Source of the DNA: Chiloscyllium plagiosum
Lineage: Eukaryota
Assembly (NCBI RefSeq): GCF_004010195.1
Contig: NC_057751.1
Location: forward strand, 3,783,866-3,847,865
DNA: 64,000 nucleotides
Reading direction: 5' to 3'
Under the pieces are notes generated by a model. The model saw only the letters and a list, made by a program, of their open reading frames with translations, ran no database searches and was not told where the DNA came from. Numbering within the stretch: position 1 is the first letter of the stretch; each line of letters starts with the position of its first letter. Both the position numbers and the translations under genes were made by a program. Positions 25,001 to 35,592 of this stretch are shown in pieces.

Positions 25001-26599
25001 ACTCCATTTTCAAGGATCATTAAGTGTATACATCCTGCCTTATCAAAATGCAGCACCTCACATTTATCTAGATGAAACTCAATCTCCATTCCTCACCGAT
25101 CGGCTCATCTGATTAACGCCCCCTTGCACTTTGAGATCACCTTCTTGGCTGTCTACAACCACCACCCATTTTGGTGTAATCTGCAAACTTGCTAACCGTA
25201 CCTCCTATATTCACATCCAAATCATTTACATAAATGACAAAAAGCAGTGGACCCAGCATCGATCTTTGCAAAACACCATTGAGTACAGGCCTCCAATCCA
25301 AAAAAAAACCCTCCACCACCACCCTCTGTCTCCTACATTCGAGCCAGTTCTGTATCTAAATGGCTAGCTCTCCCTGTACTCCATGTAATCTAACTTTGCT
25401 AACCAGTCTACCATGAGAAACCTTGTCAAATGCCTTAATGAAGTCCACATAGACAATATCCCCTACTCTGCCTTCATCAATTTTCTTCATTACTTCCTCA
25501 AAAAACTCAAGCAAGTTAGTGAGACACAATTTCCCATGGAGAAAGTCATGTTGACTCTCTGTAGTCAGTTCTTGTCTTACAAAATACATGTAAATCCTGA
25601 GCCTCAGAATCCCCTCCAATAACTTGCCCATGACTGCTGTCAGGCTCACCAGTCTATAGTTCCCTGGATTTTCTTTTCCACTTTTCTTAAATAGCACCAC
25701 ATCAGCCAACCTCCAGTCTTCCAGCATCAAACTTGTGGCTATCTTTGGTACAAATATCTCAGCAGTGGCCCAGCAATCACTTCCCTAGTTTCCCACAAAG
25801 TTCTAGGGTACATCTGAATTGGTCAGGTGAATTTATCCACCTTTAGGCATTTTATGATGGACAGCATCCCCTCCTGTGTGAAATGGACACTTTTCAAAAT
25901 ATTGCTGTTTATTCCTCCAAGTTCTCTGGCTTCCACATCCTCCTCTGCAGTAAACACTGATTAAAGATATTGGTTTGTGTCTTACCCATCTCCTGCAGTT
26001 TCACACACAGGTCGCCTTGCTGATGTTTCAGGGGTTCTATTCCCTCCCTAGTTATTCTTTTGTCCTGAATGTATTTGTAGAATCCTTTTCATCCAACCTT
26101 GTCTTCTTAAGCTTTGAACATGTGACTTTATTGTGTTTAATAATCATTTTGTGACATTCCTGGGTCTGTAATCTTGGTTTGAAATGCCTCTCTTTGAAGG
26201 ACCTTGGATTTCCCTCAGTGTAGCCATGCCACATAGTTCCCATTTGTAATGCTTGTGAAGCACATTCTGAGCAGCAGGTACTCTGCTTCTTGTTTTCTCA
26301 GCCAGTGGCTCTGTGACTGCCCAGCAAGTTCTTTCACTTATCTCTTACAGCCTCTCATGTTCATTTGCAATGTAGCTGAACTCCAACTTGGGACTGGCCC
26401 GAAAGATTACTAGCACACAAAGCAATCTGTAACTATCTTAAGTGACAAACATTCCAACTCCAGGAGTCTCCTGCTGTCGCACAGTTCTTGTCAAGATGAA
26501 ATTTAGATTCTGTTGTGTGCCATAAAATTAAGCTAGAAAAGGACTACTTGCATGACAAACAGCATGCAATATCCAGGGCTAAGCAACTCCACAGGTAAC

Positions 26600-27040
26600 A
26601 GTTCTGAGCTCTGCAGTTCTGAGCTCTGCCATATCAAGTCATGAATGAGGGTGGACAAGTAAACAACTCACTGGAGGAGGGGCTCCACAATGATCTCCCA
26701 TTCCTAATCATGGGTGGGTCCAGCATATCAATGCAAAAGATAAGGCTGAAGCATTGCAACTATTCAGCCAGAAGTGTTGTGTTAATGACCCAGTTTGGCC
26801 TTCTTCAGGGGTTCCCAGCATCACAGATACCACTCCATATAATATAAAGAAATAGCTGAAAGCACTGGACACTGCAAATGTTATGGGCCTTGACAGCAAT
26901 CTGACAAAAAGACTGAAGACTAGGTCCCCAACCAATGCTCAAGCTAAGCTCCAATCCAGCATTTACCTAACAATGTGGAAAACTGTCTAAGTATATCTTG
27001 TGCACAAGAAGCAGAAAACTCCAACCCGATCAATTACTCA
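26600..27040 (+). mobile_element. decayed CR1/L2-group LINE fragment
   Basis: Similar to the 8631-9985 lineage (CAATGTGGAAAA.TG...GT..ATCTTGTGCACAAGAAGCAG). Confidence 0.55.
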
Positions 27041-27470
27041 AATCAATACAACACAAAATTCCTACTTCAGGAATAACTGACATGACCTGTCGATGATCAC
27101 CTCCCAACATAACGGATTTCTCTCTAAAACTAACATTTTCGTTCATTATATCACTTAAGTAAATGATCCATTGTTGGGAGGCTACATGTTGCGTACCATT
27201 GCACATAATAACCTTTGACTTTCAAATAATTTCTGCTTCTCTTGAATTTACTTTCAATTAGCATCTTGAAAACTTATAAAATTGCCTTGCAATTTTAAAA
27301 AGTGAATGTGCTGTTCGATTTCTGTTCACTGGGGGATGTCATTTAATTTCACGCAATACATGAATCAGATTCCAGTCATCATGTGTGAACATATGCATCA
27401 CAGGAGAGATCAGTAAAATACATTCAGCCAAAGTAGTCTCCTTATTGTCAAAGCACTTCTTTCATCCCAG

Positions 27471-27808
27471 TTAAAAATCACACAACACCAGGTTATAATT
27501 CACAGGTTTATTTGGAAGCACTAGCTTTCAGAGCACTACTCCTTCATCAGGTGGTTGTGGAGTATGAGATCGTAAGACACAGAATTTATAACGAACATTT
27601 ACAGTGTGATGTAACTGAAATTATGTATTGAAACAGACTTGGGATTGTTTGTTAAATCTCTCATCTTTTAGAATGAACATGTTGGTTTCAGTTCTTTCAT
27701 ATGTAAATTGTCGAACTTTTTTAAAGTTACATTCTCAAGTGAACTTTAACAATTTGTGTCATGTACACATACACACACTCTCCCATAGACACTCATGAAC
27801 ACCTCCCG

Positions 27809-27849
<41 letters not shown>

Positions 27850-27995
27850 AGTTTGTGGGGTGAATTTGTACTTGCAGAATTACATTTTATTTTTCTCAAA
27901 ATTGCATGAATCCATGTAAGATTCTGTAAATCCCTTTTTTAGTTAGAATCAGTCTGAACATTGTGGCACAGACAGTCTCACACATGGCATCTCAT
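27471..27995 (-). mobile_element. Penelope-like terminus (family C) with HHR at 27519-27553 and a (CA)n tract
   Basis: Reverse complement reads CAC-CTGATGA-AGGAGTAGTGCTCT-GAAA-GCTA-GTG, then AATAAA; palindromic AGCT stem III. The right boundary is uncertain. Confidence 0.7.
27810..27849 (+). repeat. (AC)n(AT)n microsatellite
   Basis: Direct reading of the sequence. Confidence 0.95.
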
Positions 27996-28209
27996 ATAAT
28001 ACCAACAACCTATCCACAAAAATTTACAGAACTGTGCAAGATGACAATCAGCATAACCATTATTTCTGTGTCCATTTCCTTCCATATCCTGGAAAATATA
28101 TTATCAGGTCTTCAGGATTGATTAGCTCTTTGTTTCATCAGTTTTTCCAACATTTCTTTCTTTCACTCACACAATCTTTTTCAATTCTCTTGCCCATTGA
28201 ACCTTGCTT

Positions 28210-28565
28210 CCCTAGCAATTCTGGATAGTTGCATCATCTTCTAAGAAGGCAGAAATAAAGTAGTTGTTAAATTAATCTGCCATTTCCTTGTTCTCCATTT
28301 CAATTCTCCCATTTTAGACTGAAAGGGGTCTCCATTTGTTGCACTAATCTTTTTCTTTTTCCGTACTGACAGAAGCTCTTCCTGTCTACATTCTGTTCCT
28401 TGAGACTTACTCTTATATTCTATTTTCTTCCTTCTATTCAAATTCTCGGTTTTCCTTTGCTGAATTCTAAACTGCTCCCAGTCCCTAGGCTTGCCACTTT
28501 TTCGAGTGACTTTATCTGATTCCTTTTTTATCTCATATGACCTTAATTTTTTTCTTTAGCCATGG
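28210..28565 (-). mobile_element. decayed CR1 ORF2 fragment
   Basis: Similar to the KTNVGPL...MADEL..YF region of CR1 ORF2. Confidence 0.6.
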
Positions 28566-29860
28566 TAAGGCTCCAGATGGTACCAAGTTGGTTGGAAGGG
28601 TGAACTGTGACCAAGAGATTCTTCAGCATGATCTGGGCAGGTTGGGTGAGTGGGCAAATCACTCCCTGAATGGCTGCAACTTGGGAGAGGAGAGTGTGTA
28701 ATGGGACCTGGGTGTCCTTGTGCACCAGTAGCTGAAAGCAAGCATGCAGGTGCAGCAGGCGGTAAAGAAGGCAAATGGTACATTGGCCTTCATTGTGAGA
28801 GGTTTCAAGTACAGGAGCAGGGAGATGTTGTTGCAGTTATACAGGGCCCTGGTGAGGCCACACCCAGAATATTGTGGGCAGTTTTGGTGTCCATTTCTGA
28901 GGAATTCATTTTGTAACCAAAAATGAGGAAGGCAGATTCGAAGTCAGCAAATGTGACACCAATGCTTAAAAAGGACAGTCGACAGAAGATGGGGAATTAT
29001 CGACCAGTTAGCTTAATTTCTGTAGTGGGGAAGTGGCTTCTATCAACGCAGCCAGATAGAAATTGTCCTGTTGAGCAGATACAGCATGGGTTCATGAAGG
29101 GCAGGTCACGCTTAACTAATCTACTGGAATTTTATGATAACGTTAGAAGCACATGGACAATGGGGACCCAGTAGATGCGGTGTATTTAAATTTCCAAAAT
29201 GCATTCAACAAGGTGCTGCACAAAAGACTGCTGCATAAGCTAAAGTCGCAAAGGTATTACGGGTAATGTATTCACATGGATAGAGGATTGGTTAACTAAT
29301 AAGAAGCAAAGAGTGAGGATAAATGAATGCTTTTCTGGTTGGCAATCAGTGACTAGTGGTGTGCCTCAGGGATCAGTGTTGGGACCACAATTACTTGGAG
29401 CTAGGGACCATGTGTGTCAAAGTTTTGGATGACACTAAGATGAGTGGTACAGCAAAGTGTGCAGAGGACTGTGAAACTTTGCAGAGGAACATGAATAGTT
29501 TAAGTGAGTGGGCAAAGGTCTGGCAGATGGAGTACAATTTTAATCAATGTGAAGTCATCCATTTTGGTAGGAATAACAGTAAAAAGGACTATTACTTGAA
29601 ATTGCAGCATGCTGTTCTGCAGAGGGACCTGAGTGTCTCTGTACATGAATCACAGAAGTTTGGTCTGCAGGTGCAACAGGTAATGAAGAAGATAAATGGA
29701 AATTTGTCTTTCATTATTAAAGGGATTGAGTTTAAAAGCAGGGAGGTTACGTTGCAGCTATATAGAGAGCTGGTGAGGCCACACCTGGAGTACTGCGTGC
29801 AGGTTTGGTCTCTTTTCTTGAGAAAGGATGTACTGGCACTAGTGGGGTACAGAAGAGGTA

Positions 29861-29989
29861 GGAGAAAGTGAGGACTGCAGATGCTGGAGATCAGAGCTGG
29901 AAATGTGTTGCTGGAAAAGCGCAGCAGGTCAGGCAGCAATCAAGGAGCAGGAGAATCGACGTTTTGGGCATGAGCCCTTCTTCAGGAAT
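29861..29989 (-). mobile_element. 129-bp Penelope-like terminus (family A) with HHR at 29954-29989
   Basis: Reverse complement ATTC-CTGAAGA-A-GGGC TCAT GCCC-AAAA-CGTC-GATT (G12 lost by CpG decay); 4-bp duplication GGTA; splits the CR1 RT. Confidence 0.85.
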
Positions 29990-30896
29990 GGTACACTAGA
30001 TTGATTCTGGAGTTGAGGGGGTTGGCTTATGAGGAGAGACTGAGCAGACTGAGGAGACTGGGAATATATTCATTGGAATTTCAAAGAATGAAGGGGGATC
30101 TCACAGAAACATATAAAATAATGAAGGGAATAGATAAGATAGATGTAGAGAAGATGTTTCCACAGGCACGTGAAATTAGGACAAGAGGGCATAGCCTCAA
30201 AATTAGGGGGAGCAAATTTAGGAACAAATTGAGGAGGAACTTCTTCACCCAAAGGGTTGTGAATCTATGGAATTCCCTGCCAAGTGAAGTGGTTGGGGCT
30301 TTCTCGGTACATGTTTTGAAAGTTAAGATAGATAATTCTTTTAACAGTGAAGAAATTAAGGGTTTTCGTGAGAGGGTAGGTAAGTGGAGCTGAGGCCACA
30401 AAAAGATCAGTCATAAACTTATTGAATGCTGGAGTAGGCTCAAAGGGCCAGATGACGTACTCCTGCTCTGAGTTCTTATGTTCTTGCTTTGGAGGGAGTG
30501 CAATGAAAGCTTACCAGGCTGTTTCCAGGGATGGCAGGACAGCCGTATGAGGAGAGATTGACAAGGTTGGGATTGTTATCACTGGAGTTTAGATGAATGA
30601 GAGGGATTTCATTAAGACCTGTAAGATTCTAACAGGACTAAGACATAATATACACGGGGGGATGTTCCCTCCAGAACCAGGGGTCACAATCTGAGGATTT
30701 GGGGTAGACCAATTCGAACAGAGATGAGGAGACACTTCTTCACTCAAAGAGTGGTAAGCTTGTGGAATACATTACCACAGGAAGCAGTTGATGCCAAAAC
30801 ACTGAATGCATTCAAGAGGTGGCTAGGTACAGCACTTGGGGTGAATGGGATCAAACGTTATGGGAAGAAAGCAAGATTAGGCTATTGAGTTGGGTA

Positions 30897-31280
30897 GGTA
30901 AAAACAATGACTGCAGATGCTGGAAACCAGATTCTGGATCAGTGGTGCTGGAAGAGCACAGCAATTCAGGCAGCATCCGAGGACAGGCAAAATCGACGTT
31001 TCGGGCAAAAGCCCTTCATCAGGAATAAAGGCAGAGAGCCTGAAGCGTGGAGACAAGTCCGGACAGGTCAGGGGATCGAGTTTCTGGAGGTTAGAGGCTA
31101 GGATGGGGTGGGGGAAGGGGAAATGAGGAAGCTGTTGAAGTCCACATTGATGCCCTGGGGTTGAAGTGTTCCGAGGCGGAAGATGAGGCGTTCTTCCTCC
31201 AGGCGTCTGGTGGTGAGGGAGCGGCGGTGGAGGAGGCCCAGCACCTCCATATCCTCGGCAGAGTGGGAGGGGGAGTTGAA
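30897..31280 (-). mobile_element. Penelope-like element 3' end: GIY-YIG C-terminus, HHR and tail, with 13-bp TSD
   Basis: Minus strand from 31280 translates FNSPSHSAEDMEVLGLLHRRSLTTRRLEEERLIFRLGTLQPQGINVDFNSF; TSD ATTGAGTTGGGTA at 30884-30896 / 31281-31293. Confidence 0.9.
30991..31026 (-). ncRNA. minimal type I hammerhead ribozyme, intact catalytic core
   Basis: ATTC-CTGATGA-A-GGGC TTTT GCCC-GAAA-CGTC-GATT; predicted GUC cleavage triplet. Confidence 0.8.
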
Positions 31281-31569
31281 ATTGAGTTGGGTAATCAGCC
31301 TTGATCGTGATGAATGGTGGAGCAGGCTCGAAGGACCAAATGGCGCCTCCTGCTCCTATCTTCTATGTTTCAATGTTTTTCCTGTTGTGTACTTTCATGC
31401 AAAAAGAATGGAAAATGTGAACGCTTATGTTCATTTCTTCAATGTTAACCATTGCCTATTCATTGTCATTCCTTTTACCAACGCTACCCAGAACATTGCA
31501 GCTAACTCAACCCACACGTTTCGTTGTTTCCTTTACTTCGATTTAAGATCCCGAGTTTTGGATTGGACT

Positions 31570-31660
31570 ACTGAATGGTCCTGCCAGAAACATCGATTCC
31601 ATTGCTCCTCAGATGCTGGTTGACCTGTTGTGCTTTTTCCAGAACCACTTTATCAACTCT
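31570..31660 (+). mobile_element. decayed family A PLE terminus
   Basis: GAAACATCGATT...CAGATGCTGGTTGACCTGTTGTGCTTTTTCCAG. Confidence 0.6.
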
Positions 31661-31849
31661 ACTTCACTACTATCCAAGTGAAGAATTCTATCATGTAATG
31701 ATTACTTTTTCCTCAAGTATTTCTCATAACAAGATTATTAATTATGTTATTCCATTGCATAAAAGCAGTCTGGGTTCACCTAATCCCTGGCTGGTTGCTT
31801 CCAGAGTCTCGAAATTCATCCATCACCATATTTTTGCTCATATTGTTTG

Positions 31850-34300
31850 CCAGCCTCTATGTCAATTAAAGACAAATCTTCTTCTGATCAAGACGAACAT
31901 TCCTTTAGTCATCCTGATGGCCTTGTTACACCTGCATATTGGCCTTCAGTGAGTTAGCAACAGGACACCTAGTCCCTTTGAACATCAAACTTCCAAATTT
32001 CTTACCATTTAAGGAATAATCTGCACATCTGTTTTGTCTTCCCAAGTGGATGGTTTCACGTTTCCCCATGAAATTCCAATTCCATTTTCCTGCCAATTCA
32101 CAATTCGTCCTGAAGCTGCTTTACATCTTCAACACAACACACACTACCACTTCGATTTGTATTATTTGCAAATTCAGAAGTATTACACTTGGTCCCCACC
32201 TCCAAATCATTCCAAATATTATGAACAGTTGAAGCCTGAGCACTGATCTTGCAATACTCCATTTGTCATAGCCTGCCTACTCAGAAAGGACTCATTTATT
32301 CCTACTATCTGTTAACCAACCATTAATTGATGCAAAGTACATTATCTCCATTTCCATGTGCTTTAATCTTGCGCAAATGTCTCCTGTGGTGGACTTTATT
32401 GCAAAGCCTTCTGGTAATCTAAGTATAGTCCATCCACTGGCTCTCCTTCACAAATCTTGTTCATAACATCCTCAAAAAACTCCATCAAGTTCATTAAACG
32501 CAATTTCCAATCCATAAATCTATGCTGACTGTGCCCGATCAGATCACTTCCATCCAAGTGTCTATGCATCACATCCTTTCGAATAATTGTCCAGCACTTT
32601 TCCTACAACTGATCTATAACAAACAGGTATTCAGTTCCCTGTTTGTTCCCTTTGCTCCTTTCTTAGATAGTGGAGTTACATTTATAACCATTCAATCTTT
32701 AGGTATCATTCAGAAATCTATAGAATTTTGGAAAATAATCATGAATGCATCAACAATCTCAGCAGCCACTATTTTCAAAGCTCTGAGATGCAGACCATCA
32801 GGTCCTCAGGATTTATCAACTTTCAAGCCAGTACAGTCAGTACAATCGTCTTACTAATTTCATGTAAGATCTGTCTGCCCAGCAACTTCAATCTATAGTT
32901 CTGAGAGATTCCTTGTGCCTTTCTCAGTGGAAACACATAAAGTAATGAGTTAACTTCTCTATTCTGCATTATAAATACTCCTGATTTTGCTTGCAATGAA
33001 CTGACATTCATTTTAACCAAACTTTTAAAAACTACAGAAACTTCGTCAGTTCATTTTTAAGTTTTTTTTAACTAATTGTATTCATATTCCATTCATCTTT
33101 CTTTTCCAGTTTCTTGGCCCTTCTGGGTATTTTAAAACCTGAAACCTTCAGAAGTCAGCTCTTTCTGGCATCTTCAAAGGCTTTGACATTTCATCATACA
33201 CAATCCGAAACTTCCTTTTTTTGGTCACGGGTGACTGATTTCTTTTGAGTTTCGGACCTTGAAGGAAATCATAATTGCTGTAAAGCACATAACAGTTATT
33301 TCAAAACTATCCATTGCCTTTTCAATGTATTTTCACAATCTACCTCACCCAAAATTGTACCTCGGGCCTTTATAATTCCTTGTTCAAATTTAACACACTT
33401 CCTTCACAATGAACCACCTCACTTTCAAAGGGTAAGTAAAATGCTGTCATAATGTGGGCACTCATCGCTCAACGCTGTCAGATTTCAGAGCAGAATTAAA
33501 TCATTCAGTCCATTGAGTCTGCTGCACCATTTGATCATGACTGCCATGTTTTTCAACTCCATTCTGCTGCCTTTCCTTGTAACCCTTGATCGCCTTACTA
33601 ATCAAGAACCTATCTCTCTCGATCATAAATACACTCAATGACTTGGCCTCCACAGCCCTCTGCAGCAATGAGTTCCACAGACCGACCACCCTCTGGCTGA
33701 AGAATTTTCCCCAAATCTCAGTTCTAAAGAGTCATCCCTTCACTCTGAGGGTATGCCCTCAAGTCCTCGTCTCTCTGTGAGTGGAAACATTTTGTCTACA
33801 TCCACTATCTCGGCCTCTCAGTATTCTGTAAATTTTAGTGAAATTCCCTCTCATCCTTCTGAACTCCAATGAGTACACACCCAGAGTCCTCAACCGCTCC
33901 TTATATGACAAGCCTTTCATCCCTGGCATCATTCTTATAATATTCCTCTGGACTTTGTCCATTGCCAGCGTATCCTACTTTAAATAAGAGGCCCCAAAAC
34001 TGCTCACAATATTCCAAACACAGTCTGAACATGACCATATACAGCTTCAGCCATACATGTGGACTCCTATAGGTTGGACCTGAGGAGTGTTGCCAAACAA
34101 AGGGACCTATGGTGCAGATGTAGTTCCTCAACTCTAACACATAGACCATGCGCCTTGCAACTCTACATTACCTCGAACTGTTGATTTAATTTCATGTCTG
34201 ATTAACAAGACAACCCTGCCAACACGACCCCTGCCCATTTGCCTATCATTTAGATTGAATGCATGTTCTTTGATATTTAGCTCCTTTGTGAAACACTTCT
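31850..34300 (-). mobile_element. two or three decayed CR1 fragments (~31850-33450, ~33490-34050, ~34050-34300)
   Basis: Antisense CR1 signatures; ORFs 33501-34149 contain GLWNSL, YSLEFRRMRG and CLEYCEQFW. Confidence 0.75.
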
Positions 34301-35058
34301 TGCACAGTGACACCATGTTCCAATTGCCCATCCAACTTGCATTAGATAAAAAGTAAAGTTTCCTCTGCTCTGTCTCCTATCTTCCAACTGTGGAGATCTT
34401 GCTTGTGTGAGATGAGGTGAGGAGCCAATGTACATGAGTTAACATCGCATTATTATCTAATCATGCCTTTTTTGTGTGCAGTTTGCTGTTTTCCGAGGCA
34501 CTGGAGAGAAACTGGATGGTGACAACGCCGAACATGAAAAGCTGAGCAGGTACCTGGTGACTGCAGCCTGCTGGTGTCTTTTCCAGGCATCCACCTTGGT
34601 GAACATTCCCCAACATCTCAGGAGATACTCATGCACAGCAAACGCCTGTACTCTCCACTATGGATGTTGGCAATAGCATAGCATCAGACTCGCCACATCA
34701 TCATGGAACATTTGGGACTCACCACTTGGAGACTCACAGTTCCTGTGCCTTTCCTTTCCTTGTCTTTTAGCACAGAAAGATAGCCATGCACTTTGTCATG
34801 TTCCGCAGCGATGCACAATCAAAGCAAACTACAATCAGTGACTGAGCTGGGCTAACATCAGTCAGGAAAGGAGGTGTGTGAGTAAATAGGAAGCAGAGAG
34901 AGCAGGAAGGGCAATGGTGCATGTGTGCCATTGAAGGAAGATGTCACAGGAAATATTGAAAATGATAGATCATGTGCTTGGATGGGAAGTGTGTGCACTG
35001 GCAGAGCTAGGGTGACTAAAGTGGCAAAGTTGAGATGCTGGCACGTACACTTGCGACA

Positions 35059-35187
35059 GTGATGAAGGGCTTTTGCCTGAAATGTCGATTTTCCTCTCCT
35101 CGGATGTTGCCTGACTTGCTGTGCTTTTCTAGCACCATTCTGATCTTGACTCTGATCTCCAGCATCTGCAGTACTCACTTTCGCCTA
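35059..35187 (+). mobile_element. ~130-bp family A PLE terminus starting at the HHR core
   Basis: TGATGAAGGGCTTTTGCCTGAAATGTCGATT...CTCCAGCATCTGCAGTACTCACTTTC. Confidence 0.8.
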
Positions 35188-35481
35188 CTTGCAACACTGT
35201 TGCCTGTTCCTCCAAATCATTGACATCTCATTTATCTGGGTGGCTACTTGAGATCAGGTTTGCATTTTTTTGACATTGTGCACAGCTGAATTTTACTTAT
35301 GATATCTGGACTGTGAATGCCAGAAGGTCCCAATAGTATTTTGCTGGTGGTGAGTCCCACTGCCACACTGCAAAGGCATGGTGCATACTTCATGAGATGA
35401 GCATTGTAAAATTGTCTGATGCAAGTTTCTTGGGCTCACAAAGTGAAACCTCTGTGAATCTCCCTGAAATTGACATTTAGT

Positions 35482-35592
35482 GTCATAGAGTCATCGAAAC
35501 GAACAGCACGGAAACAGACTCTTCAGTCCAACTCGTCCATGCCGACCAGATATCCTAACCTAATTTCATCCCATTTGCCGGCACTTGGCCTT
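35482..35592 (-). mobile_element. short HER1-like CR1 3' tail
   Basis: GTCATAGAGTCAT...CTTCAGTCCAACTCGTCCATGCCGACCAGATATCC. Confidence 0.8.

Larger units (their letters stand above)
18354..26090 (-). mobile_element. HER1-like CR1 LINE (outer element; pieces 18354-18424 and 24429-26090)
   Basis: (TCTATGAC)-type tail at 18354; the 3'UTR resumes at CCTAAATTAATC (24429); RT motifs in ORFs 24620-25730. Confidence 0.85.
28640..31375 (+). mobile_element. cluster of three CR1 pieces (~28640-28905, ~28920-30485, ~30486-31375) carrying two PLE insertions
   Basis: LVRPHPEYC, NYRPVSL, GRSRLTNLLEF, FFTQRVVNLWNSLP; tails at ~30475 and ~31365. Confidence 0.85.

Noticed and set aside
26599..26628. 15-bp tandem duplication (also a 10-bp duplication at ~44402-44421)
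   Set aside because: Ordinary slippage mutations inside dead LINE copies.
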